This document shows, one piece after another, positions 10,603 through 18,447 of a stretch of DNA of 64,000 nt. The position numbers and the translations under genes are program-made. Source of the stretch: an uncultured Alistipes sp. (lineage in GTDB: Bacteria > Bacteroidota > Bacteroidia > Bacteroidales > Rikenellaceae); contig CAZVNR010000001.1 of assembly GCA_964628945.1 (NCBI GenBank), positions 29,032 through 93,031 on the forward strand, in the 5' to 3' direction. The notes under the pieces are model-generated. The model worked only from the letters and a program-made list of their open reading frames with translations, was not told the DNA's origin and did no database searches. Positions within the stretch are counted from its first letter, which is position 1. The number at the start of each line of letters is the position of its first letter.

Positions 10603-11280
10603 ATGAAACAGTTGATCACGCTTTGCGCCGTCCTGCTGATGACGGCCTGCTGCGGCCAAAAGGAGCAGCAACCCGCAACCTTTACGACGGCTACACCCGT
10701 AGTTCACGGCACGGAGATCGTACTCCCTACGCCCGATCTGAAAGTGGGGCTGACCGTCGGCGAGGCGTTGCAGAACCGCCGCTCGTGGCGCGAATATGCC
10801 CCCGAGGCGCTGACGATGGAGGAGCTTTCGGGCGTACTCTACGCTGCTGCCGGCATCAACCGCCCCGAGAATGACCACCTGACCGCCCCCTCGGCGTTGG
10901 CACTCTATCCGATCGAGGTCTATGCCTTCTTCAAGGAGGGTATCTACCGCTACGAGGCGAAGGGGCACAAGCTCGTCCGCGTAAAGGAGGGCAATTTTAT
11001 GGTCGTTTCGGGCGCACAACCCTTTGTCGCCGAGGCAGCGTTGAATTTGGTTTATGTGGCCGACCTCGCCGTCTATGAGGGCAAGAAGATCCCGATGGAG
11101 AAGGTGCACTACCTCTGCGGTCAGGATGCCGCCGGTTACGCCGAGAATGTGAATGTGTATACGGCCGGTACGGGGCTGCGCTCGATCACGCGCGGCAGTG
11201 CCTCGCCGGAGTTGCTGCAGACCCTCGGACTGGATGCCGAGCAGTATATCTTTGCCCTTGCCCAGTCGGTCGGTAAATAA
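10603..11280 (+). CDS. SagB/ThcOx-family nitroreductase-like protein, probable lipoprotein
   Basis: ALQNRRSWREY, LSGVLYAAAGIN, TAPSA; lipobox-like TACC. Confidence 0.82.
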   Translation: MKQLITLCAVLLMTACCGQKEQQPATFTTATPVVHGTEIVLPTPDLKVGLTVGEALQNRRSWREYAPEALTMEELSGVLYAAAGINRPENDHLTAPSALALYPIEVYAFFKEGIYRYEAKGHKLVRVKEGNFMVVSGAQPFVAEAALNLVYVADLAVYEGKKIPMEKVHYLCGQDAAGYAENVNVYTAGTGLRSITRGSASPELLQTLGLDAEQYIFALAQSVGK

Positions 11281-11319
11281 TTCGTAACAAACCCAAAACA
11301 GACTATTCAACAACAGACT

Positions 11320-12606
11320 ATGTTGCCCAAAACGGAACGAGAGAAGATTGTCGCGCTGATCAACCGCGAGGTGATCCCCGCCATCGGTTGCACCGAGCCG
11401 ATCGCCGTGGCACTCTGCACGGCGCGTGCCACGGAGCTGTTGGGTACCCGTCCCGAGCGGATCGAGGTGCTGCTCAGTGCCAATATTTTGAAGAATGCAA
11501 TGGGGGTCGGCATCCCGGGTACGGGGATGATCGGCCTGCCAATTGCCGTCGCGTTGGGTGCGCTCGTCGGACGGTCGGAGTACCGCTTGGAGGTGTTGCG
11601 CGAGGTGACCGCAGAGGCGGTCGAAGCGGGTCGCACCTACATCGACGAGAAGCGCATCTCGATCGGGCTGAAGGAGGGCATTAGCGAGAAACTCTACGCC
11701 GAGGTGGTCGCCTCGGCAGGCGAGGAGCAGGCTACGGCCGTCATCGCCGGCGGACATACGAACTTCGTGCGCTTGGAGCGCAACGGCGTAGTGGAGTTGG
11801 ACAACCGGACCGAATCGGCAGGCGAGGAGGCCGGCGAGGAGGTCGAGCTGTCGCTGCATCGCGTATGGGAGTTCGCGCTCGAATCACCCATTGAGGAGCT
11901 GCGTTTCATCCTCGAAACCAAGCGATTGAACAAGGCCGCTGCCGAAGCCGCCTTTGTGGGCAAATTCGGCCACTCGGTCGGGCGCACGCTTGCCGAGGCA
12001 CGCGGTGGTCACATGATCGGAAGCGGCGCCCTCTCGCGCATCTTGGCCTACACCTCGGCCGCCTGCGATGCCCGTATGGCGGGGGCAATGATCCCCGTGA
12101 TGAGCAACTCGGGAAGTGGCAATCAGGGCATCTCGGCCACACTGCCCGTCGTCGTCTATGCCGAGGAGATTGCGGCCGACGAGGAGCGGCTGATCCGCGC
12201 CCTCACCTTGAGCCACCTGACGGTGATCTACATCAAGCAGTCGTTGGGTCGTCTGTCGGCATTGTGCGGCTGCGTGGTGGCTGCAACGGGGTCGAGCTGC
12301 GGCATCACCTACCTGATGGGGGGTGGTTTCGCGGAGATCGTCTCGGCCGTGAAGAATATGATCGCCAACCTGACGGGTATGATCTGCGACGGCGCGAAGC
12401 CGAGCTGTGCGATGAAGGTTGCCAGCGGCGTTTCGACCGCCGTGCTGTCGGCAATGATGGCGATGGAGGGGCACTCGGTCACCTCGGTCGAGGGGATCAT
12501 CGAGGAGGATGTCGATCGTTCGATCCGCAACCTCACACGCATCGGCCGCGACGGTATGAACGAAACGGATCGGATGGTGCTGGAGATTATGACGCAAAAG
12601 TGCTGA
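11320..12606 (+). CDS. YhaM/CyuA-like Fe-S L-cysteine desulfidase (serine dehydratase alpha family)
   Basis: PAIGCTEP, SNSGSGNQG, LSALCGC, GMICDGAKPSCA. Confidence 0.88.
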   Translation: MLPKTEREKIVALINREVIPAIGCTEPIAVALCTARATELLGTRPERIEVLLSANILKNAMGVGIPGTGMIGLPIAVALGALVGRSEYRLEVLREVTAEAVEAGRTYIDEKRISIGLKEGISEKLYAEVVASAGEEQATAVIAGGHTNFVRLERNGVVELDNRTESAGEEAGEEVELSLHRVWEFALESPIEELRFILETKRLNKAAAEAAFVGKFGHSVGRTLAEARGGHMIGSGALSRILAYTSAACDARMAGAMIPVMSNSGSGNQGISATLPVVVYAEEIAADEERLIRALTLSHLTVIYIKQSLGRLSALCGCVVAATGSSCGITYLMGGGFAEIVSAVKNMIANLTGMICDGAKPSCAMKVASGVSTAVLSAMMAMEGHSVTSVEGIIEEDVDRSIRNLTRIGRDGMNETDRMVLEIMTQKC

Positions 12607-12608
12607 CG

Positions 12609-12712
12609 AATTAAAAATTCAAAATTTAGCATGCAAAATTAAAAATGATTGGGCTGGCGCAGAACAATACTGCATCAGCCCAATTTTACATTTTGCATTT
12701 TGAGTTCCAAAT
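12609..12712. repeat. Second copy of the inverted heptamer-array / ATTGGGCTGGCGC hairpin element
   Basis: AAAATTC AAAATTT AGCATGC AAAATTA...ATTGGGCTGGCGC...GCATCAGCCCAAT...TTTTGCA TTTTGAG, between convergent genes. Confidence 0.8.
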
Positions 12713-12718
12713 CCCGAT

Positions 12719-13228
12719 CTAATACGCGGTTTTGTCCTGTTTTTGGGCCCACTTCTCAAAGGCTTTGAGGGCGCGATCGCGCATAAAGTGCTCGCAGCGG
12801 ATCGAACGGTCGGGGTAGTTCAGCTCCAGCTGATCATAGATAAACGAATCGTCGAAGTCGATCGCTTTGGCATCGGTCTTCGTATTGCCGTAGCAGATAC
12901 GGCTCACGCCCGCCCAGTAGAGCGCCGCGAGGCACATCGGGCAGGGTTCACACGACGAATAGACCGTGCAACCGGTCAATTCGAAGGTGCCCAGTTTCTG
13001 GCAGGCATGGCGGATTGCCTGCACCTCGGCATGTGCCGTCGGATCGTTATTCGGCACCACTCGATTCGATCCGGTGGCGACCACCTCGCCGTCGCGCACG
13101 ATCACCGCACCGAAGGGGCCTCCGCCGCGATCAATATTCTCCTCCGAGAGGCGGATCGCCATCTCCATAAAGCGAGCATCCTCGGCCGAATAGTCGGTGC
13201 GCTCGGGTAAAAAATCCATCTTCTTCAT
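12719..13228 (-). CDS. Nucleoside/guanine deaminase (cytidine deaminase fold)
   Basis: GGPFGAVI, TAHAE, CEPCPMC. Confidence 0.88.
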   Translation of the reverse strand: MKKMDFLPERTDYSAEDARFMEMAIRLSEENIDRGGGPFGAVIVRDGEVVATGSNRVVPNNDPTAHAEVQAIRHACQKLGTFELTGCTVYSSCEPCPMCLAALYWAGVSRICYGNTKTDAKAIDFDDSFIYDQLELNYPDRSIRCEHFMRDRALKAFEKWAQKQDKTAY

Positions 13229-13242
13229 CGTCGTCAAGTCGG

Positions 13243-14265
13243 TTAAAGGTCGTGGGAGAGGGGAGCGGGGACGGTGTGGCTCATATCGCAGTCGCCCCAA
13301 CGCTCGGCCACATAGTCGAGGGTTGCGTAGAGCTCCTCGATATCGAGCGAGGTGACGAGTTTCATACGCGTCTGCTTAAAGTCGGGCAACCCCTTAAAGT
13401 AGTTTGTCAGGTGGCGGCGCATCTCCAAGATGCCGACATGGTCGCCCTTGACCTCGAGCGATTTGGCCAAGTGCTCTTTGGCAATCTGTACGCGCTCGAT
13501 GACCGACGGCTGCATCATCTCTTCGCCCGTACGGAGGAAGTGTTTGCACTCCTCGAAGATCCACGGACGGCCGTAGGTCGCGCGACCGATCATCACACCA
13601 TCGACCCCGTAGCGATCGAACATCTCGGCCGCCTTGCGCCCCGAGTCGATGTCGCCGTTGCCGATGATCGGGATCTTGATCAACGGGTTGTTCTTCACCT
13701 TGCCGATCAGTGTCCAATCCGCCTCACCGCGATACATCTGGGCACGCGTGCGGCCGTGGATTGTCAGCGCAGCGATCCCCACATCCTGCAGGCGGAGGGC
13801 GATCTCCTCGATATTCTTCGACTCCTCGTCCCAACCGAGGCGCGTTTTGACCGTCACGGGCTTCTTCACCGCCTCAACGATTTGGCGGGTCATCTCGACC
13901 ATCAGCGGCACATCGCGCATCATCCCCGAACCGGCACCGCGCCCCGCGATCTTCTTCACCGGACAGCCGAAGTTGATGTCGATCACCTCGGGATTGGCCG
14001 CCTCGGCCATCCGCGCCGCCTCGACCATCGGTTCGATGCGGTTACCGTAGATTTGGATGCCGACAGGGCGTTCTCGATCGTCGATGTTGAGTTTACGCAG
14101 CGATTTGGCCGCTTCGTGCATCAATCCGTCCGATGAGATAAACTCCGTATAGACCATATCGGCCCCGAACCGTTTACACATATAACGGAACGAGGGATCG
14201 GTCACATCCTCCATCGGCGCAAGCATAATTGGGCGGTCGCCCAGCTCTATATCGGCAATTTTCAT
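13243..14265 (-). CDS. dusB: tRNA-dihydrouridine synthase B
   Basis: LAPMEDVTD, DINFGCP, IHGRTR, GNGDI. Confidence 0.92.
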   Translation of the reverse strand: MKIADIELGDRPIMLAPMEDVTDPSFRYMCKRFGADMVYTEFISSDGLMHEAAKSLRKLNIDDRERPVGIQIYGNRIEPMVEAARMAEAANPEVIDINFGCPVKKIAGRGAGSGMMRDVPLMVEMTRQIVEAVKKPVTVKTRLGWDEESKNIEEIALRLQDVGIAALTIHGRTRAQMYRGEADWTLIGKVKNNPLIKIPIIGNGDIDSGRKAAEMFDRYGVDGVMIGRATYGRPWIFEECKHFLRTGEEMMQPSVIERVQIAKEHLAKSLEVKGDHVGILEMRRHLTNYFKGLPDFKQTRMKLVTSLDIEELYATLDYVAERWGDCDMSHTVPAPLSHDL

Positions 14266-14365
14266 TGGCATTCTCTGTTTTTCTGCAACAAATGTAGTGG
14301 ATATTTGGCAATAAAACGCTAAATTTGCATCCAAATTTTGAGTTGCAATTTAACTTATTCCGAAT

Positions 14366-16147
14366 ATGGAGATCGAAAAATGGATATTGGAGGCCGTGCG
14401 CCGCTCGGTAGAGGCGTTGTACGGTGAATTGACTATCGAGCAACTGCAGTTGCAGAAGACGCGCAAGGAGTTCGAGGGCGACTATACGCTCGTCGTCTTC
14501 CCGCTCTTGAAGAAGAGCCGCAAATCGCCCGAGATGACGGCCAACGAGATCGGCGAGCACCTCGTCGCTGCTACGCCCGAGATCAAGAGCTACAATGTGA
14601 TCAAGGGGTTCCTGAACCTCACGCTCGACAGCTCGTTCTGGGCCGATCGCTTCGCCGAGGTGGTAGGTGACGAGCAGTTTGGCTTGGCCGCACCGACCGG
14701 TCGCGTGATGATGATCGAGTACTCGTCGCCCAACACGAACAAGCCGTTGCACCTCGGCCACATCCGCAACAACCTCTTGGGTTACTCGGTGGCCGAGATC
14801 CTGAAGGCCAACGGCCACACGGTGATCAAGGCGAACCTCGTAAACGACCGCGGTATCCACATCTGCAAGTCGATGATCGCTTGGCAACGCTACGGCGAGG
14901 GCGAAACACCCGCCTCGTCGGGGATGAAGGGCGACCACCTCGTCGGTAAGTACTATGTCGAGTTCGACAAGCACTACAAGGCCGAGATCAAGGAGCTGAT
15001 GGCCGCCGGCAAATCGGAGGAGGAGGCCAAAAAGCAGGCACCGATTATGCTCGCCGCGCAGGAGATGCTGCGTAAGTGGGAGATGGGCGACGAGGAGGTA
15101 CGCGCACTGTGGACGACGATGAACGGTTGGGTCTATGAGGGTTTCGATGTGACCTACAAGGCGTTGGGCGTCGATTTCGATAAGGTCTATTACGAGTCGC
15201 AGACCTACCTCTTGGGTAAATCGCTCGTCGAGGAGGGTCTTGCTAAGGGGGTCTTCTACCGCCGCGAGGACAACTCGGTATGGATCGACCTGACAGGCGA
15301 CGGCTTGGACGAGAAGTTGCTGTTGCGCGGCGACGGCACCTCGGTCTATATGACCCAAGACCTCGGCACGGCCTTCCGCCGTTTCGAGGATAACAAGCTC
15401 GACGATATGATCTATGTCGTGGGCAACGAGCAGAACTACCATTTCCAAGTCTTGAAGCTCGTTTTGAAGAAGCTCGGTTATGCCGAGTGGAGCGACCACA
15501 TCACGCACCTCTCGTACGGTATGGTCGAGTTGCCCGAGGGCAAGATGAAGTCGCGCGAGGGCACGGTGGTCGATGCCGACGACCTGATCGCCGATATGGT
15601 GACGACCGCCCGCGAGATGTCGGCCGAGCTGGGCAAGCTGGACGGCTGCTCGGAGGAGGAGGCCGATGCCGTCTCGACGATGGTCGGCTTGGGTGCGCTG
15701 AAGTACTTTATCCTGAAGGTCGATCCGAAGAAGACGATGCTCTTCGATCCGCGCGAGTCGATCGACTTCAACGGCAACACGGGCCCCTTCATCCAGTACA
15801 CCCACGCCCGCATCTGCTCGGTGCTGCGCAAGGCCGCCGTACAGGGTATCGCCTTCGAGAGCCGATCGACGGCCGCGTTGATCGACGAAGAGATCGAGCT
15901 GGTGAAGATGCTCACGGAGTACCCCGCAACGGTGGCTGCGGCAGGCGAGAACTTCGCCCCGTCGATCATCGGTGCCTACATCTACGAGCTGGCCAAGGCC
16001 TTCAACGGCTACTACCACGACCACTCGATCCTCAAGGAGGAGAACGCCGAGGTGCGCAAGCTCCGTCTGCAACTCGCCGCTACGGTCGCTTCGGTGATCC
16101 GCAAGGGTATGAAGCTGCTGGGTATCGAGGTGCCGGAACGAATGTAA
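14366..16147 (+). CDS. argS: Arginine--tRNA ligase
   Basis: EYSSPNTNKPLHLGHIRN, KMKSREG, FIQYTHAR, LLGIEVPERM. Confidence 0.97.
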   Translation: MEIEKWILEAVRRSVEALYGELTIEQLQLQKTRKEFEGDYTLVVFPLLKKSRKSPEMTANEIGEHLVAATPEIKSYNVIKGFLNLTLDSSFWADRFAEVVGDEQFGLAAPTGRVMMIEYSSPNTNKPLHLGHIRNNLLGYSVAEILKANGHTVIKANLVNDRGIHICKSMIAWQRYGEGETPASSGMKGDHLVGKYYVEFDKHYKAEIKELMAAGKSEEEAKKQAPIMLAAQEMLRKWEMGDEEVRALWTTMNGWVYEGFDVTYKALGVDFDKVYYESQTYLLGKSLVEEGLAKGVFYRREDNSVWIDLTGDGLDEKLLLRGDGTSVYMTQDLGTAFRRFEDNKLDDMIYVVGNEQNYHFQVLKLVLKKLGYAEWSDHITHLSYGMVELPEGKMKSREGTVVDADDLIADMVTTAREMSAELGKLDGCSEEEADAVSTMVGLGALKYFILKVDPKKTMLFDPRESIDFNGNTGPFIQYTHARICSVLRKAAVQGIAFESRSTAALIDEEIELVKMLTEYPATVAAAGENFAPSIIGAYIYELAKAFNGYYHDHSILKEENAEVRKLRLQLAATVASVIRKGMKLLGIEVPERM

Positions 16148-16278
16148 ATTCAAAATTCAAAATTCAAAATTTAGAATTGAGAATTGAGAATGAATGGAGG
16201 AGCGGATTTCGGTTCGCTCCTTATTTTTCGTATAAACCGACCGATCATTTTGAATTTTGCATTCTAAGTTTTGAATTT
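16146..16278. repeat. Inverted heptamer arrays around a GGAGCG...CGCTCC terminator-like hairpin
   Basis: AAATTCA repeats, GAATTGA repeats, then TTTTGAA TTTTGCA TTCTAAG TTTTGAA. Confidence 0.78.
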
Positions 16279-16336
16279 ATTCTTCGGTACAGAGTTTGCG
16301 GTGGGGGAGGCTTGTAACTAAAAAAAACAAGCAACC

Positions 16337-17170
16337 GTGAAAAGAGATTTAACGCTTTTATTGGCTGCGGTGGTTGGTTGCGCGATCACCGCCGAGGCGC
16401 AGATCAATCCCGCCCCTGCGAAGGTCGATTCGGTGCTCCTCTCCGACCAAACCGAGGGCGATCAGCGCATCAGCCGCTATCTGGTCAGCGAGGAGGACGA
16501 TGCCGACTACGCGCTGCGCTACCGCATCAACAACGCCACGCTGAACCGTTCGCTCAACGGCAACGAGGCCGAGCTGACCGACCTGAAAAACCTCGTGACG
16601 GGCTTTCTGAACGACACGCTCGCCGAGGTAGAGCAGATCACCATCAAGGGATACGCCTCGCCCGACGGCCCTGCGGCGTTTAACCGCTCACTGGCCAAAC
16701 GCCGCGCCGAGGATATGAAACAGTATGTCGATCGGCACTACAACTTCTCGACGAAGTATGCCGTCCGTCTCGACTCGGAGGTGGCCGCGTGGAGTTCGCT
16801 GCGCGATCGGGTGGCCGCCTCACAGATTCCGATGAAGGATTCGGTGCTTACGATCCTCAACGGCCGCCATACGGAGGCCGAGAAACAGGCCGCACTGAAA
16901 CAGCTGCCCGAGGCGTGGCGTTACCTGACGGCGACGATCCTGCCGCCCGTGCGCCGCGTAGAGATGGCGATCGACTACAAGGCCGGCACGATTGTCGAGC
17001 ACCGCACGACGATCGCCCCGCCCAAGCCCGCACCGCAACCGACTCCGCAACCCGAAGTGGTGGTGATCGAGGAGGTCGAAGAGGTGGTTGATCCCTGCTG
17101 TCGGGAGCTGTGCGAATCGGATCAACTGGGCATCATTGTCGATATGCCCGATGTGGAGGTCGATTTTTAA
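16337..17170 (+). CDS. Exported protein with OmpA-like C-domain (DUF3868-type neighbour family)
   Basis: Signal peptide; ITIKGYASPDG..FNRSLAKRRA; P.RRVE. Confidence 0.7.
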   Translation: MKRDLTLLLAAVVGCAITAEAQINPAPAKVDSVLLSDQTEGDQRISRYLVSEEDDADYALRYRINNATLNRSLNGNEAELTDLKNLVTGFLNDTLAEVEQITIKGYASPDGPAAFNRSLAKRRAEDMKQYVDRHYNFSTKYAVRLDSEVAAWSSLRDRVAASQIPMKDSVLTILNGRHTEAEKQAALKQLPEAWRYLTATILPPVRRVEMAIDYKAGTIVEHRTTIAPPKPAPQPTPQPEVVVIEEVEEVVDPCCRELCESDQLGIIVDMPDVEVDF

Positions 17171-17173
17171 GTC

Positions 17174-17380
17174 CCACCGATGCGAAATCAATCGTGTCAT
17201 TCCGAACGCAACAGCGGAGGAATCTACCATATTCTTAAAAGCAGACCGACGATTGCTAAATAGGGTAGATCCCTCGTCGCCTACGGCTTCGTCGGGATGA
17301 CAGCTTGGTTCAAATCGAACGGACGAGGAGCGGCCGAAACGGATCAGCAGCCTTTGCTACGATCGTATCGGTGGCAATTT
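17174..17380 (+). repeat. Composite palindromic (REP/MITE-like) element, copy 1
   Basis: Outer IR CCACCGATGCGA/TCGTATCGGTGG; core TGTCATTCCG...GGAATCT-spacer-AGATCCCTCG...GGGATGACA; inverted homolog at 38096-38320. Confidence 0.8.
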
Positions 17381-17403
17381 TTAACCAAAATCGGGCTCAA
17401 GGG

Positions 17404-17434
17404 TTTGCATATTCCGAAAAAAGATGTAAATTTG
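17404..17434 (+). promoter_or_regulatory. Bacteroidetes primary-sigma promoter
   Basis: TTTG-N19-TAAATTTG. Confidence 0.7.
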
Positions 17435-17465
17435 TGCTATAAAACATTTTAACTCATTTGGAATT

Positions 17466-17750
17466 ATGGCAAACTTACGAACGCTGAAAAAACAGATTGA
17501 CTACTGTTTGGAGGAGGTTTTGTTCGACTGCGAGATGGCGATCTGCTTCCAGCCCTCGAAGGAGGAGGCGATTACGAAGGTGATCGAGGAGGCTGTAGCC
17601 GTGCGCAACGAGCTTTTTGTGAAGGCGATGAACCCCGCCGAACCGCATAACAAGTCGTTGGTGCGCAAGCACTACGCGGCTCTTCGCCGCGAGATCGCCG
17701 CTTCGTTCACGGAGCTGTGCGACAAACTCTCGACGGTAAACGAGAAGTAG
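17466..17750 (+). CDS. Conserved small helical hypothetical protein
   Basis: MANLRTLKKQIDY; host-like codon usage, own promoter and downstream hairpin. Confidence 0.78.
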   Translation: MANLRTLKKQIDYCLEEVLFDCEMAICFQPSKEEAITKVIEEAVAVRNELFVKAMNPAEPHNKSLVRKHYAALRREIAASFTELCDKLSTVNEK

Positions 17751-17819
17751 TCCGTCATTCGGCACAAAACACGCTATGGGGCTGTCTAACAAGTTGTGTT
17801 ACGACAGCCCCTTGTTTCA

Positions 17820-17940
17820 GAAGTTGTATAACAAGAGGAATTTCAAGGCTTGCGAAGCCCGAAAAAGCGGAGTTTACCGAGCGTAAATGAGCATTTTGAG
17901 GGGCGAGCGTAACGAAGAAATCACCTTGTTAGACAACTTC
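17820..17940. mobile_element. 121-bp MITE-like element
   Basis: Terminal IR GAAGTTGTATAACAAG / CTTGTTAGACAACTTC (15/16 match); no ORF. Confidence 0.55.
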
Positions 17941-18070
17941 ATTTTGTTTTGCTTACACGAATATTTTGGTGCAATACCCCGAGGGGTGTTGTTCGTTTGA
18001 AAAACATTGTTTAATTTTGTAGTGTCAAGCCGTTGGTTTGGCGCACATTTTTGAAGGTGTTTTCGCAGTC

Positions 18071-18270
18071 CTTACAAAGAAATCTGACAGTTTCACTATT
18101 GCGATAGGGCGAACGAACGGCACTCTTGCTTGCGTGTGGGTGTGTGGTACATTCTGTGCCTGCATACGCTGCATCGCAGGTGTGGGGTATTGCATCGTTT
18201 ATTATCGCAAGGTTTTGTCAGAACCTCTTTGTAAGTAAACGGGATTCGACTCCACACTTTCTTTATTTTT
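18071..18270 (+). ncRNA. Structured 5' leader / putative attenuator RNA, copy A
   Basis: CTTACAAAGAAATCTGACA pairs with TGTCAGAACCTCTTTGTAAG; TTGCGATA/TATCGCAA; follows TAATTTTG at 18022; covarying homolog at 23702-23860. Confidence 0.65.
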
Positions 18271-18319
18271 ATAAATCGCCATTTTAGGAGTTGAGAGTGG
18301 TAACCTAAACTTTTTAATT

Positions 18320-18436
18320 ATGCAAAAAGTTCGTTATGAGGTGCCCGAGGTCGAGGTACTGGATGTAGTGGTGGAGGCCGGTTTTGCGGCTTCGGAATTG
18401 GAGGGCGTTGATCCCGAAGGTGGTGAACACATGTAA
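18320..18436 (+). CDS. 38-aa acidic peptide (not in ORF track)
   Basis: MQKVRYEVPEVEVLDVVVEAGFAASELEGVDPEGGEHM*; AT-rich translation start; 11 nt before the lipoprotein gene. Confidence 0.72.
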   Translation: MQKVRYEVPEVEVLDVVVEAGFAASELEGVDPEGGEHM

Positions 18437-18447
18437 AACGATTCAAC

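Noticed and set aside
10603..11280. SagB-like gene as part of an azole-RiPP cluster with the 38-aa peptide
   Set aside because: No YcaO or other maturase; the protein looks like a stand-alone lipoprotein 7 kb away and the peptide has no Cys/Ser/Thr-rich core.
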